Positions 38,926 to 52,975 are shown, counted from the first letter of the stretch. The stretch: DNA of 64,000 nt from Octopus bimaculoides (GCF_001194135.2 NC_068984.1:122774921-122838920), one strand, 5' to 3'. A program made the numbers and translations. Notes: generated by a model from the sequence alone, not told the origin.

Positions 38926-39876
38926 GTCTAGCATCATAAATGCCTTGCAAGCACTCGGGCCATTTCTAACAGGTGGTGTAATCTTGCAGAAGATCTCTCG
39001 TTGACTTTTTATATCTTTTCGGTGGCCATGACAGTGGTGATGATAGTGATGGTATTCTTTTTTTTTGTTTTGGTCATTTGACTGCGACCATGCTGGAGCA
39101 CTGCCTTAGGGGATTTTAGCTGAATAAATCATGTGCATTGGTGGGTAGCGCTGGAGATTGTAGGTGACACAGTGGGTACCACAGTGGTGATTGGTGTAAT
39201 TTTTGGTGTGGCAGTGATAGCACATGTGGTGATGTGTGACAGTGGCGGTAGTGTGTGTTGTAGTAATTGATGATAGTGTTCTTAGGCATAGGGGTGGGTA
39301 GATGATGACAGATGTAGCGGATGGTGTGATAGTGGCGGTATTTTAAATAGTTGGTGATGGAAACAAACATATGTCTAGCAATTACTATGGTGATGATGAT
39401 GAATATATGTATATTTTTTTCCCTACTTTTCACTTCTTGTTTTTCATTTAAATTTTAAAACAAACAACAACACGAAAAGCATAAAATAACATAAAACTTT
39501 TGAACTTGATGTTATTTTTGTAATTGTTGTTTTAAGACAAACAAGTGTTTTCTTCAAGACATCTTGTTTCTATGGTTAGTGGTGGGGTGGTGGTAATAAT
39601 GGTGGTGGTGGTGGTGATAGAGATAGTTTGTCTATTATGTTCACATCTCTGTAGAAATTTTGCTTCTGTGTTCTTCAACAAATGTACTACAAGTGTGTTA
39701 CAGTTGCATCCTTTCTCTCTTCTTTTCTTTCTTTCTTTCCTTCCTTTATTTCTTCCTCTTTTTCTTTCTCTCTCTCTCTCTTCCTCCCCCCCCCATCTAC
39801 CTCTCAGTTATTACCAACAGTTGCAGTAACACACATACTCTTATACGCACCCTCACATATGCACTCTCTCTCTCAC

Positions 39877-39943
<67 letters not shown>

Positions 39944-40257
39944 TATACAGCAAGCAATGCCATACATTGCTTACCAGTGTCGGTATCCGAGATCTCCATC
40001 ATAGCTACTGCCGCTGCTGCCACCCCTGCAACAACAACAACCACCACCACCACCACCACCACCACCATCATCAATGCTTGATCTTACTAATGTCAATAGA
40101 ATTACCTCTCTCTCACTCTCTGTCTCTCTCTTCTTTCTAGCCTAGCAGGTTACTGTGACTGAATCATCGCTCAATACTGCACTGCCATACTCCGCTGCTC
40201 TACTGGCACTCACTCATTCAGTCTCCCACACACTCTCTCACTACCACCCTCTCTTTC

Positions 40258-40301
<44 letters not shown>

Positions 40302-40479
40302 CGCACATCTTATCCCTTCAACTCTCTCTCTCTGTTTATTGATTGTACAATGGTGATACAGTAAAGAGGTGTTCTAATGAACCTGACATGGTTTAGCTCT
40401 GACTACTACACTGGTGTATTACCATCACCACCACCACCACTACTACCAGCAACACCACAACCACCATCGCATTAAACAC

Positions 40480-41110
40480 AGCCATTGTATACATTGATGT
40501 GTGCCACTAGTGTACATTATACATTGCCACTACTGCACATTACACATTGCCACCATGCATTACACTCTACTACCACATGTTACACACTGCCACCATGCCT
40601 TACACACTTCCACCACACTGTCACATGTTACTATCGCCACATGTTACTCTTTTCCACCACATGTTACACTCTACTACCACATGTTACATATCACCATCAT
40701 GCCTTACACACTGCCACCACATGTTACTACCACCAAATGTTACACACTGCCTGACACATTACACAATACCATCATGTATTATATGTTTCCACCACATGTT
40801 ACACACCACTACTATGCATTACATATATCCCTCACAAACACGAACTATGTTACGTGTCACCATCACACATTACACAATACCATTTCTACGCACTATCAAA
40901 CTACCACTCTGCCAAATACTGCCCTACTACTACATACTATTTCTGTATCTCACGGTCACAGACTACACCACCACCATCAGAACCGCTGCATGAATACCAC
41001 TACACTGCCGGCAGTACATCACCACACTACCGGCTGTGTATCACCACCACTGCATAAATGCCACCATACTACCAGCGGTACACCATCACCACCATTACAC
41101 CTCCGTCAGC
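40480..41110 (+). repeat. Degenerate C/A-rich minisatellite (~20-nt unit containing CACATGTTAC)
   Basis: Exact CACATGTTAC at about 40574, 40622, 40638, 40658, 40678, 40718 and 40793. Confidence 0.8.
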
Positions 41111-41399
41111 AACAGAACATTAATCAATATATAGGACAGACTGTTGCAGTAAACAAGTGTTGATATGTGAGTCACACTTCTGCACACACACACACACACA
41201 CACACACTGTCCTACCTTCCTCTGCCGCCTCTAATGTATTGATCGGCAAAATTACTGCAGTGATAGATGCAAGTGTAGCTTGTTCTCGTAGTGCACCTTT
41301 CCTGGTGCAGCTGGCTGTGGATTCATGCTCGAACAAATAGCAGTTTTTGCTCTACTGCGGGAGACACAGATGAGGTTGGCGGCGGTGGTGGGGAAGTGG

Positions 41400-41880
41400 A
41401 GTGGTATGCAGTGTGTGTCAATGGTGGGGGTTGGGGTGAGGTTTTTCTGATGGTGGTATACAGGGTTGGATTGTAGTGGTGATGGTGGTAGTAGTAATGA
41501 TGGTATGTAGTGTTGGTAGTGGTGGTGGTGGTGGTACTGATGATGGTATGTAGTGTTTATGAAATGTTATGTAGTGTGGGTGTTAGTAGTAGTGGTGATG
41601 GTATGTAGTGTGGATGCTAGTGGTGATGGTGGAATGTTGTCTGGGTGTTGGTGATAGTGGTGACGGCGGTATGTAGTGTGGTTGTTGGTGGTAGTAGTGA
41701 TGGTGGAATGTGTGGGTGGTAGTGGTGATGGCGGTATGTAGTGTTGGTGATGGTATACAGAGGTGATGATGATAGCATGTAGTGTTTGTAGTGGTGATGG
41801 TGATTGTATGTAGTCTCTGGTGGTGTTGGTGCTGGCATGAAGTAGTGTTGGTATTGACAGTGGTAGAAGGTGTGTCGTGG
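41400..41880 (+). repeat. Degenerate G/T-rich minisatellite (gtggtgatggtatgtagtgt-like unit)
   Basis: GGTATGTAGTGT recurs near 41500, 41545, 41600, 41668 and 41733, within (GGT)n/(GAT)n tracts. Confidence 0.75.
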
Positions 41881-44049
41881 TAGTCTATTTAGCAGTGTAT
41901 CTAGTTAGTGCTGTGCTGTAGTGATAGTTGTCATGTTCTTGGACAAATAGAACTTTGAAGTAGAATTAGGTAACACGTCTTTCCTCTTCTACTTGTTTCA
42001 GTCATTAGACTGCAGCCATGCTGGGGCAGCGCCTTGAAAACTTTTAGTCAAATGACTCAACCCCAATACTTTGTTTTGTAAAGCCTGGTACTTATTCTAT
42101 TAATTTCTTTTGTTGCACCGCTAAGTTACAGGGGAATAAACACACGCATGCATATATGATAGTCTTCTTTCACTTTTCATCTGCCCAGTCCACTCACAAG
42201 GCTTTGGTCAGACCAACGCTAGAGTGGAAGACCTTGCCCAGAGTGCCATGCAGTGGGACTGAATCCAGAACCATGTGGTTAGGAAGCAAACCTCTTACCA
42301 CACAGTCATACCTGAATGATTTAATTAACATTTCAAGACAGGACTAGTCCACCAGGCCAGGACATGCCAAGAGTTTGAGCTTTGTTGTTATATTTCCATT
42401 TAAATACAGTCTTTGTTTCAATTAATTTTGCCAATAATAAAGAATTTGTTAAAATGACATTGTCATTATTTTAGCTGGTGTTTGAACATAAATTAATATG
42501 AAATTTTGTTGGAAAGTTTTAACTGAGATCATGGTAAAGCTGGGAGTTTGTATCATAGAATTATGAGTGGTTTCAAATAGATTGGTAACAAATGGGTGCA
42601 AACATTCTCTATTTATTAAAAAAAAAAAAAAGGAAAAAAGGAAACAGTTAACTGAGGGAAATATAACCACAAATATTGGAAGGTTAAATGAGTAACATAG
42701 AAGCTTCCATTTTGATTTGTAAATATTTTGTTGGTGGTATGGGGCAGTCATGTTCAGTAAGATGTCATTCCTAACTGAGCAAACCTCTGATTAAAAGCTT
42801 CCCAGCTGTGACTTTGTATATTGAGGGTTATGCTGTCTAAAGTATCCTTCTTTTGTTAAGACAGTAGGATATCATTTGAGAGAGATTTGGCTGCTGTTTC
42901 TAGCAAGTCAAGTGATCATATAGGAGAGGGTCCTCTTTGTTGGTTTGTATTTGGTGAGATATGTAAAATAGAATTTACAACCTACATACTAATTGCTAGT
43001 ATCCCAAATGACACACAATAATCCTTACTTAGGATTAATTTGGCACATTATAATTATATATGTGTTTGTGTGCACGCGCACTCATGATTTAACAGACCCC
43101 CAATTTAACAGATTTCAGATTTAACAAACCAGATATGAATAATGATTTCTGAACTAAGCACTTAGCCAATCATTTTGAGGGAAAGGGAGAGTGGTTGATA
43201 CCATTGGCTTCTATACTTGTCTGGTACTTTATCAACCCTGAAGACCAGTTTATTTCATTTCATTTTCTTGCAAGTATCATAAAACTTCCTCCCTTTGTCT
43301 AACACTTAATTCAGGGCTGTTTGGTAAAAGCATATAGTAGTTGTTGTTTTTTTGTTAGAATATAAAGGATACTTTGAGGTGAGGGTTATTGTGTTTGTGA
43401 ATTAAATGTCTCTGTGTGAGGCAGATGTCTTACTTGTCATAAACCAAAGGCTAGTGACTGACCAAATTTTTTGAATATTTCCCTAACATTGCTTTGTGTG
43501 TTAGAGAGAGGGCAGGGAAGACTTTCTTTATTTTCTATTACTTTACCAGACTAATTAATCGGACTTATCATATTATCAATGTAATTAGTGGTTCACATTT
43601 GCAACTACATGTTTCCAACAAAAGCTTTGTGTCTATCTCTCCATACAAAGAACAGACTGTATGATGTGCATGGAAGGAGTGATGCTGCCACATGATAATG
43701 AGATATGGATAATGATTGTGGAAGTTCTGCTGGTTTGGTCTTACTGCATGTCACCATGGGCAAGTGTCTTCTACTATAACCCCAGGCTAACCAAAACCTT
43801 GTGAGTGGATTTGGTTGACAGAAACTGAAAGAAGCCTGTTCTGTGTGTATATATTTGTGCCTCCTTATCTTGGTATCACATGATAGTTGTAGACGAGTGT
43901 CACTTGTTTTCATACAAGCAGTGTCGTTTGTTTCAAATCTTTCTTGTAAACATATCCAGCCATGTGGTAAATATTATCTTGCTTGGAAAAGAAAGGAAGG
44001 ACTGGCTACAGGAAGGGCATAGGCCACAGAAAATCTGCCTCAATGAATT

Positions 44050-45150
44050 CTGTACAATGGACTCAAAATGAATGATATGGAGCCTGGAGAGAAAGGAGTT
44101 GAGAATGATCTGTTGCTGGATGTGATAAATTGCATGAGAGGTAGAACATAAGTCGGATGAGAGAGTAGCTGGGCATTAATTGTCAATGTCTTCAGTCTTG
44201 GAGAGCCTGCAAAGGGCTCTCAGAGATCTAGAATTACCTGACCTACCAATGGCAAGTGTCCTCTCCAAGTTGTATTCTTTGACCTATGGGTGCATGCCAA
44301 GAGTAATCTGTCGGGCCCTACTCACCACTCTCCCTCACCTTTCAACAAATTTACTGGAGAGCAACACTGCACTGTCTACTCCATCTTTCTTTCTAAGTGG
44401 AACTTGAAAAAGTTAAGGACTTGATCCAGGAGAAAAGTATTTGATTCAATTTTTTTAGTTATATCCACCATACAACCTCTTCCTCCATAGCCACCAGCCA
44501 CAGGAAAACTGCCTGCCCAGTGAAAGAAAGGTGGTAAAGTGATATTCATGATGGAGTTGGCCAATAATCAGAGCCATCCTACAGAAGAAAAAAACCCCCA
44601 GCTGTTCAACAAAATTCTACATGTCAGCAATACTCAGACACCGAATAAGGCCTCCAGAAAAGTTTCATTGCTCTGCATGTGTCTCAAACAGCCTTTGCTG
44701 ACTATCCTTCAATATTGGTAGAGTTTATCTCAAACCAACAATGGCCCCAGTACCAATGTCAGGCCAGGAATTTCTGAGATATTCATAGTTACTGGCTGAA
44801 AGAGAAGTTGAATGCCAGTGTTTTTCAGTGTTTCCCAGAGAATGTCACCACCCTTCCCAACAACCAGTCCCCTGTAGAAAGCCTACATGGAAGTTTCAAC
44901 AACAACATTATCTGGCTTGTGGGAGCACAGGTAATTTGGAGACAACATACAGATGTCAAACACCCAGATTTTTATTGCATCATTTTAGCTGTACTTTACT
45001 AATGAACAGAGGCCAAATGAATAATAAGATTACTGATCTGAAGGTTGTGGATTCATGTCACATAGAAAACAGTTTGTTGTGTCTCTGGATGACAAAATAC
45101 TGAACATCCAATTACCCAAATTTACCATATCTGTAGCCTTCCTGGGATGA
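44050..45150 (-). mobile_element. Possible highly decayed L1/Tx1-like LINE remnant
   Basis: Non-microsatellite 1.1-kb block with higher GC. Minus strand ...GRVVSRARQITLG...GRSGNSRSLRAL... loosely recalls the EN-RT linker of Tx1-type ORF2. Many stops. Confidence 0.3.
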
Positions 45151-48100
45151 GTTACATGGTGTAAATTGGTGCCCTTAACTTAAGACCAGTTGTCCCAAGG
45201 CTACAGACAACTGAGATAAGCGCTTAACTATGTGAATGAATACCTGATCTTTGTGAAAGGATTAACTTAATAACTTTTAGTGAATAGGATTTACAACCAC
45301 AAAAATTAAAGCTGCTACTGTGTCTTCTCTAATGATGGGTATAACATCATATATTAACCTTTACTGACTTTTTTTAGAATTTTATCAAATTTTTTTTTTC
45401 TTTTTTTCACATTTCATGCATAATTCTTTTCTGCCACAAATTTTTTTATAAAATTGTTGTAAAATTATTAATTCTCTTAAATCCTATTATGCTTTAACTA
45501 TCCTATCAATCACTAAAATTGCATTTTTTTTTCCTGTTGTACCTGTTCAATATCTGGGTGTTTGAAATTCATATTTGATATTCAGGTTTCCATGATAGCT
45601 GGATGCAGTAGGTTTTGTTGAATTTACACATTGTTTATCATCTTAGCAGTCATTATCTCTTCCTCTCACAAAACCATTCAACTGTGAAGTAGGAAGTGGA
45701 ACTGGTTTTTAACCTGCCAGTTTGTGGCAAGCACAGTTGTGTTATTCAAAGAGGTATAGCACAAGGACTGACCAAATGATGAGTAATCCATATTCCCCAT
45801 TTGTCCCTTGTATTGTCCCCTCTTTGTTTAACCCTTGTGGTTTCAATAAAATCACCATAGTACATTAACTGCTCTACTTCATTGTTAATTATTTCTGGCC
45901 CCTTAAAGTACATCCTTTAGTGGAGACTTTTATTTGGTGCCATAAAGGAACCTTGAAATTGTTGCTGGTTAGTTGGTACCATTTAAATTGAACAGACTTA
46001 GTGATCAAAGATATTCTGGTTGTGACCATTTTATCTTTTATTTCAAGCATAATGTAATCTAAAACTATGTTGTCTAATAGGACCTTGCTTTTTAAAATAG
46101 TAAGAAAGAAAGTTGGATGTTATTTCTTGTATGTTGTGTGTCTATGTAGAAGCTCCCCCATTGACTTATGAACCAGCATTGTTCCTACTGTATGGAGTTC
46201 AGATCCTGTTGTGGTTGACTTAGTACTTTCTCTCTTCAAAGGTTTAAGAAATAATTAACAGAAAGTGTGATAGAATTCAGATGTGGGATTTTTAAAACTG
46301 GCTCAAATTTGATGGCTCATTACCTTAATGACTTGTAATTTCATTAAGTCTTTGTATAGCAGATTTGTATTGGGTTTAAAGGAAAAGGAAGGAAGCTAGT
46401 GTCAAAAGTAAATTATGTTTCTTCTCTGTAGACTAGCACCAGTAAGGACACCAATTGTATATACCAGTTCTTCCTCTAAATCTAAAAAGTTAAGCAAGAA
46501 AACCTTGGAAATATTGTGACTTGGGTAAAACAAATTTAGAAGAATTATGCCCTAATCTGTGACTATGGTAATTGTTTCTGCCAAAATTTTTATGATATCT
46601 ATAACAATGTTGAATGATATCTGCTTTACAAGCCTTTGGTTCACAGAACACTTCACAGGATCTTTGTTGTTACCTAACATCAAAAACTCTCTCATTCCTG
46701 GAAAATCTAACAAAATGTAGAGAAGGAAAATATAAGTCGTGATTGTCTATGTGGTTTAAAAAATATATAGTTAATAAAATTTGTAAAAAAAAGATCAAGT
46801 AAGTTATTTTGTTGTGTGAAGAATTGAGGTGTGGCAAGGCTTGTCTTTGAATTAAATGAAGAATATCTTGGACAATGTTATAAAAGAGGCTTGCAGGATA
46901 TGGTAAAAACATTTTTTTTTTCTTAAAGGGTGGGGGATTTGTCTAGGAAAAGAAAATTAGTGATGGTCTATAACCACAAAAATAATTTGGTTAATAAAAT
47001 TTCTAAAAAAATAAGTGTGGGTGTTGTAAGGAGAGGTGAACGAGTTCTACCATTTTAGGCAGGGTCTTTCTCCTAAGAAATTTTTAAAAGTATTATTTTT
47101 ACTCTTGGCACAGCTTCTACCAGCATCAACACATTTTGCTTTTTCTTATTTCTATACATTTCTGTCTTCTCACAACTCACTCTTCTCTCTGTACTTTTTT
47201 TTTTTTAGGACTTTTCAAGTTTGTTTTACACCCTTACATTTTTGCAGTTGTACAGATTCCTGTACAACTGCAAAACTGTCTGTTTAGTTTTCTACCCCTT
47301 ATACATCCATGTCTTGGCACACACCCTCCTACAAACAAACAGTGTTGATACCTGTCACTGTTCCATTTTCTCTGACACACTATCCTTCCATTTCCTCTGA
47401 TATTATGCCTTTTGCTCTGTGTGTGTGTGTATGTGTGTGTGCGTGTGAGAGAGAGAGGTGCTGAAGGTTAATTTGTGGATACAGAATCTCATGAATTAGA
47501 AGACAAGGGACTGCAGCAAATTGTGTGATGCTGCACTGAAGAAGACATTTCAAACCCAGGCATGCATGAAAAAACAACCATAAAATCATGATGATATATG
47601 AAAGAGAGAGAGAGAGAGAGAGAGAGATATCATTTTTATACTTTCACCTCATTTCTTCTTTCCCCTCTCTTTCTTTTGCTACATTGTTTTAGTTGTGACA
47701 TGTCACAAGCCACATTACCTGGTCTTCTCCCCACCTTACCATTCTTCCATTATTCATCACTATTTCCCTAACACATTTCTAACCATTTTTCTTCTGCAAA
47801 AGGCTCAGCCTGAAACATTCACCTCATCTCATGGTACACAGACTTCTGCAGTGATAATTAACAGACAAAGAAGCTGAAATAAATATTAAAAAAAAAGATA
47901 TTGAAACTATGCAAGAGATATGATGCAATATTTCTGTGGATGATGTCTGAAGCTGGTAATAGAATATATCTGTGATATATTCTTCATATGTATCTACAGA
48001 TGCAATACTTGGACACATCATCAGTGTTATATTCTGGAGTTACTGTGTATTTTGGGTCTTACAACATACACACACTGATGTTGATTGGGTCATCTGGATG

Positions 48101-50377
48101 AATCTGTACATACGTTGTAAGTACTGAAACACCTTGTGACTCCTTGATACAATACTGATGTTGCATCTAAGTATTGAATATATAGATGTATGTAGGACCA
48201 AACATACCGCAGATATATTCCATCACTAGCTTGTGGTACTTTTACACCTCTCACATTGACAGAATGTATCTATGGTATGCTTGCACTATTTTATCTCAAG
48301 GCTTCCTTAAGGAAGCTGTGAGAAAAAGTTGTGCAAGCATACCTGAGAAATTTGGTCTGCACAAAAGACTAGATGCAGAATTAGGGCACATGGTAAGAGG
48401 CTGTGTACTGCAGAACTACCCAATCCATGCCAGCTTGAGAAAGTAAACATGATAGTAATTACCAGGAGAAGTAGGGGTTACCTAATGAAATGTGAGATAC
48501 ACCTTAAAGTCTTAACTGAAAGGAATGACACAACAAACATTGTCAGTAGAGTTATGTCAATAGTTGTATTGTCGCTGTTTGCCAAGATTGAGATTCCTTC
48601 AGTAGCAGATGTCTATTTTTAATAAACTGAAACTAGATACTGAAGATATATCATCTCATAGTCTTATTAGCCGCCACAAACAACGTAAGATTAGCCATCC
48701 TGTCTTCATAGAATGTTGTTCTCTCACACAGTTTGCTGACGTTGAATGTGAGTGCTGTGCCATGCTTTTGGCAAATTGTTTGGAGTCGTTCATGCTTTGA
48801 TACAAACAGAGGTTGTTGTTTTTAGCAGACAACGTGTATGAAGGCATAAGGAGGATCTTGTTATTTATTAAGGCCACTCCTTTTCTTCCAGCTTTGTATC
48901 TAGAACATTTTATAATTGTTATTGCTTACCTCTTGTATAAACTTTCTCCCCGTTATTTTGCTATCAGAATAAATAATTTATTCTCTCATTAGCAATCTCC
49001 TTTATATAGATTCTTGTTTTATTTATATCGTTTATTCATCAGTTTAGTTTATGACTTGAAGAAACAGCTACAATGAAGAAACAAAAAAGAAAGAAACGAG
49101 AGACTCGTTACTTTCTAAAGATTCCATAATTAGTGTTTGTTTTCTGAAAACTTAATTGAATTCTCCGTCTCCTCCTTTCTCACCCTCTCCTCTTTCACCC
49201 TCTTTTTCTCTCACACCTTCTCTCTCCACCTTGTGATAGGAAATTTTGAAGCCTGATGATTAAATTTGTTATAGCATAGCTTTTCTCTATTACACTCTAC
49301 TAATTATGTAACTACAGAGTGTAACTTAAAGGTTTGTGGTATACAATTGCCCCTCTGTATCTGTAGGATATATTACAAATGTATAAAACAATTGAGATCT
49401 ATGTAACAGCTGTGTCTTGACAGTCCTGTTACATTGACATTCATGTCAGTGTTACACTTCTGCAGTGTAACAGTCCTATAGAGAGCTACAGTTACCGCCT
49501 TAATGTTACTCCACTGTTGTGTAACTATGACCTGAGGATGCTGTTACATCTGTTATGTAACCATACATTTATAAAGATATATAACTAACCACCCTTAGGT
49601 AATCACCACCCACTCTCACCACTACTAATGGTATGTGATGCTGTCTTTTAGCTGAATGCTTCAAGATGTCTGCAAAACTGATACATCACTTGGAACTATG
49701 TTAGGTTGGCTACTTGCCTCTAATAGGCTACAGAGGCAGTGGTGGTGTTGGTATCAAGAATGATAAGGTGTGTATTCTGATAGTGATACTAGGACTGTTG
49801 GTAGCAGATGTGGTGTTTTTTGTCATGGTGGTGATGGCAATGGTGATGCTGTTGTGTTGCATGTAGTCTTGTGCTGTTGGCAGTGGTAATAGTGGTAGTA
49901 CTGCTGCTGTTTTGTATTAGTAGTGCATTAGAATAGTGGTTATAGTGTGTTCAGTATAGTGTGTACTAATGGGTAATTGATAGCAATGTTGTATAGTAGT
50001 ATTGTGTAATGTGGCATGTGCTGATGGTACTGTGTAATATGATCATAGGACTAGGTTACTGTTTGTTGCTAAGCTCCAGGTCACTCCTGGTCAAGCAGAC
50101 TTTGAATCAAAAGGTCACCGGCTTTGATCATTCTATCATTTTTCAGTCATAATGTATCTAACATTACATTATTCAACGAGTCCTTCTTGTCTTTCAATGA
50201 TAGTAGGATATGATTTAAGAGAGATTTGGTTGTTATTTCTAGCTGATTAAAGTTCCTTCATTGGCTCAAAGTATTAGTCTTGATAGTGATGTTGTGTAGC
50301 CGTCTCTGGGAGTAGGATTGGTCAGGCTGCATTATTCGATGTGTCCTTCCTCATTTTTCTTTTTACTCTTTACCTGT

Positions 50378-51075
50378 CCTGTGTATCATCATTGTCGTTT
50401 AACATCCGCTTTCCATGCTGGCATGGGTTGGACGGTTTGACTGAGGACTGGTGAACCAGAAGGCTACACCAGGCTCCAATCTGATCTGGCAAAGTTTCTA
50501 CAGCTGATGCCCTTCTTAATGCCAACCACTCTGAGAGTGTAGTGGGTGCTTTTACGTGCCACCGGCATGAGGGCCAGTCAGGCGGTACTGGCAACGACCA
50601 CATTAAAAGGTGTTTTTTACATGCTACCTGCACAGGAGCCAATCTTGTGGCTCTGGCAACAGCCACACTCAAATGTTTTTCACATGCTACCAGCACATGT
50701 GGCGGTAAGGCGACTCTGGCAACGATCATGCACGAATGGTGCTTTTTATATGCCACCGGCACAAGAGCCAATCCATCAGTCACATCAGCGATTCGCAAGC
50801 AAAGTTTATTTTCCAATGAATGAGGGGTACTCATAAGTGGGCTGGTTACATCCCATGTTCGGATGTGTTTTTAACGTTCCACTGGCACGAGTGCCAATCA
50901 GGCAGTACTGTCATCAGCCACATCAGCGATTTTGATTTCATTTGCCTCAATGTGTCTTCGCAAGCAAAGTTTATTGTCCAATGAATGAGGTGTATTCATA
51001 AGTAGGCTGGTTACACCCACTGGCATAGGCCACGGGCTATGGTCTCACTTGGCTTATCAGGTCTTCTCAAGCACA
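50378..51075 (-). mobile_element. Long family-C SINE with at least four internal ~60-nt units and a duplicated 5' module
   Basis: Reverse complement of the family-C tail at 50385-50545. Units ending tttttac(a/g)tgc.acc.gca at ~50550, 50615, 50680 and 50745. Block gcaagcaaagtttatt.tccaatgaatgagg.gta.tcataagt.ggctggttaca occurs twice (~50795 and ~50960). Confidence 0.75.
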
Positions 51076-51806
51076 GTGATAAACAGAACATATTTTCCTG
51101 GCATCTATGCATATATATGATACATATTCCCATTTTTTTTTTTAACCACCAAAATAAGTTTGGACTTACAAAGTAAAGTTTTATTATAACTCAGAACATA
51201 TGAAATAAGGGCTAACTAAAAATCTGAAAACAAACATGGACATTTAGGACAAACTTATGAAAATGCTTCAGACAGGCAAAGGGTTAAAGAAAGTAGGGTA
51301 CAATTTGATAGAGATATAACTATTATTTCTATCAAATTAAAGTTCCCTCATACACTTAAAAGATTAAGTATTGATAGTGATGTTGTACAGCAGTCTCTGC
51401 AAGTAGGACTGGTTCTGGTTCTGAATTGTGGTGATAGTCGTGGTGTCATGTATTGTTATGATGGAAGTAAAACTAGTGGTGCTGGTGTTTAATGCTATGA
51501 TAATAAATAGTAGAACTAATAGCAGTGTGTGGTGGATGGCAGCAGTAGAACCAGTGGGATTACATAATGATAAATGAACTATAGAATTTTCCAATCTAAT
51601 TAGCAATTTATCTGCTTCCACAATCGATAACTGATGGCTATTGTGCTAAATTACAGACCATATAATGTCACCACCATCCACCCCACTGCCACCATTATTA
51701 TCATCATCATCATCATCATCATGTTCACCTTTCTTTGCCAAAATGGATTGGATGGGTTTGTTTCAACAAAGCAGTCTAACCACTTGTTATATTACATAAA
51801 CACACA

Positions 51807-51880
<74 letters not shown>

Positions 51881-52579
51881 TATACACACACACACACACA
51901 CATACATTCTCTCTCTCTCTCTCTCATCATTCCTGTATGATGGGTTGTCCTCTCTTTGCTGGTTTCGTCTTCTCACCTTCACTATCTCTCTCTTTCTCAC
52001 TATATTTTTCTATTTATTTGTCTACACAATCACTAACGGACATCTGTATTATTATTATTATTATTATTAAGAAGGCAGCCAATTGGTTGAATCGTTAGCA
52101 CACTAGACAAAATGCTTAGCTGCATTTCTTTCCAGCTTTACATTCTGAGTTCAAATTTTGCGGAAGTTAGCTTTCAAAGTCGATAAAACAAGTATCAATC
52201 AAGCACTAGCATTGATATTATGAACAAGCCTCTCTCTCTCTCAAAATTCCAGGCCTTGTCCCTATAGTAGAAAAGATTATTACTATTATTATTAGCACTG
52301 TCAAGGCTAATAATGATAATAATATACTGACAGAATAGTTTGAGCATCAGACAAAATGCATTGCAGTATTTCTCCAGTTCTTTACATACTAAATTAAAAT
52401 TCCAGTTGAGACCAACTTTACTTTACAGCCATTTAAGATCAATGAAATAAAGTGCCAGTCAAGTTTTGAGTTAATTTAATCAGTGAACTTCTCTCCAAAT
52501 ATGTGTTGGTCTTGTTTCTTTCAAAAATGATTGGTAATACTGTGACATCACTGCAAGCTGTTTTATATCAGTGAGATTG

Positions 52580-52975
52580 ATGTCATTGCTGTTTCTCTTG
52601 AACCTTTATAAATAACCACTTGTTAGAAAGACATGGACAGGGGGGAATTCCAGAAGCCTGTTTTGGGACGGTGCAGTGATTAGTGTTGGACTCAGCTAGG
52701 GGGATGAGAGAAGGAGAGACAAATGGGACAAGAATGCTCAAGTGAAGGTAGCATGAGCCCTGCCAGCTCTTTATAGTAGCAGTAGAATTAACAGAGACGA
52801 GACTGCATGCTTTGTGAGTGAAAGGCTGGAGCATGTCTGTGAGTGATGATTTTATATCGGCCATTTGGAAGGCCCTTTTCTGAGGTGATCTGTATGCAAC
52901 AGCAGCAACATCATCCCAGATATGAGAGCAATACTACAGAGCTCCTCAGCAGAGCTTTGTAGGGTATCAATAATT
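52580..52975 (-). mobile_element. Decayed 3' ORF2 remnant of a CR1/Jockey-group LINE
   Basis: Minus strand YCSHIWDDVAAVAYRSPQKRAFQMADIKSSLTDMLQPFTHK ... LMLPSLEHS ... FWNSP resembles the post-RT C-terminal region (EYCSHIW...QxRAxRL...LTDxLQPLxHRR...LWNSLP). Recognised by memory only. Confidence 0.5.

Noticed and set aside
40501-41163. 220-aa His/Thr-rich ORF (and the overlapping 148-aa ORF)
   Set aside because: Several frames are open simply because the C/A-rich minisatellite lacks stop codons. No domain or splice support.
46400-47050. Possible DDE transposase remnant (WFTEHF...LLPNIKNS)
   Set aside because: Only one short ambiguous motif; no catalytic motifs or TIRs could be established.
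50540-50790. Repeat-spacer-like array resembling CRISPR
   Set aside because: Units are homologous along their whole length, lie inside a dispersed SINE, the DNA is eukaryotic, and there are no cas genes.
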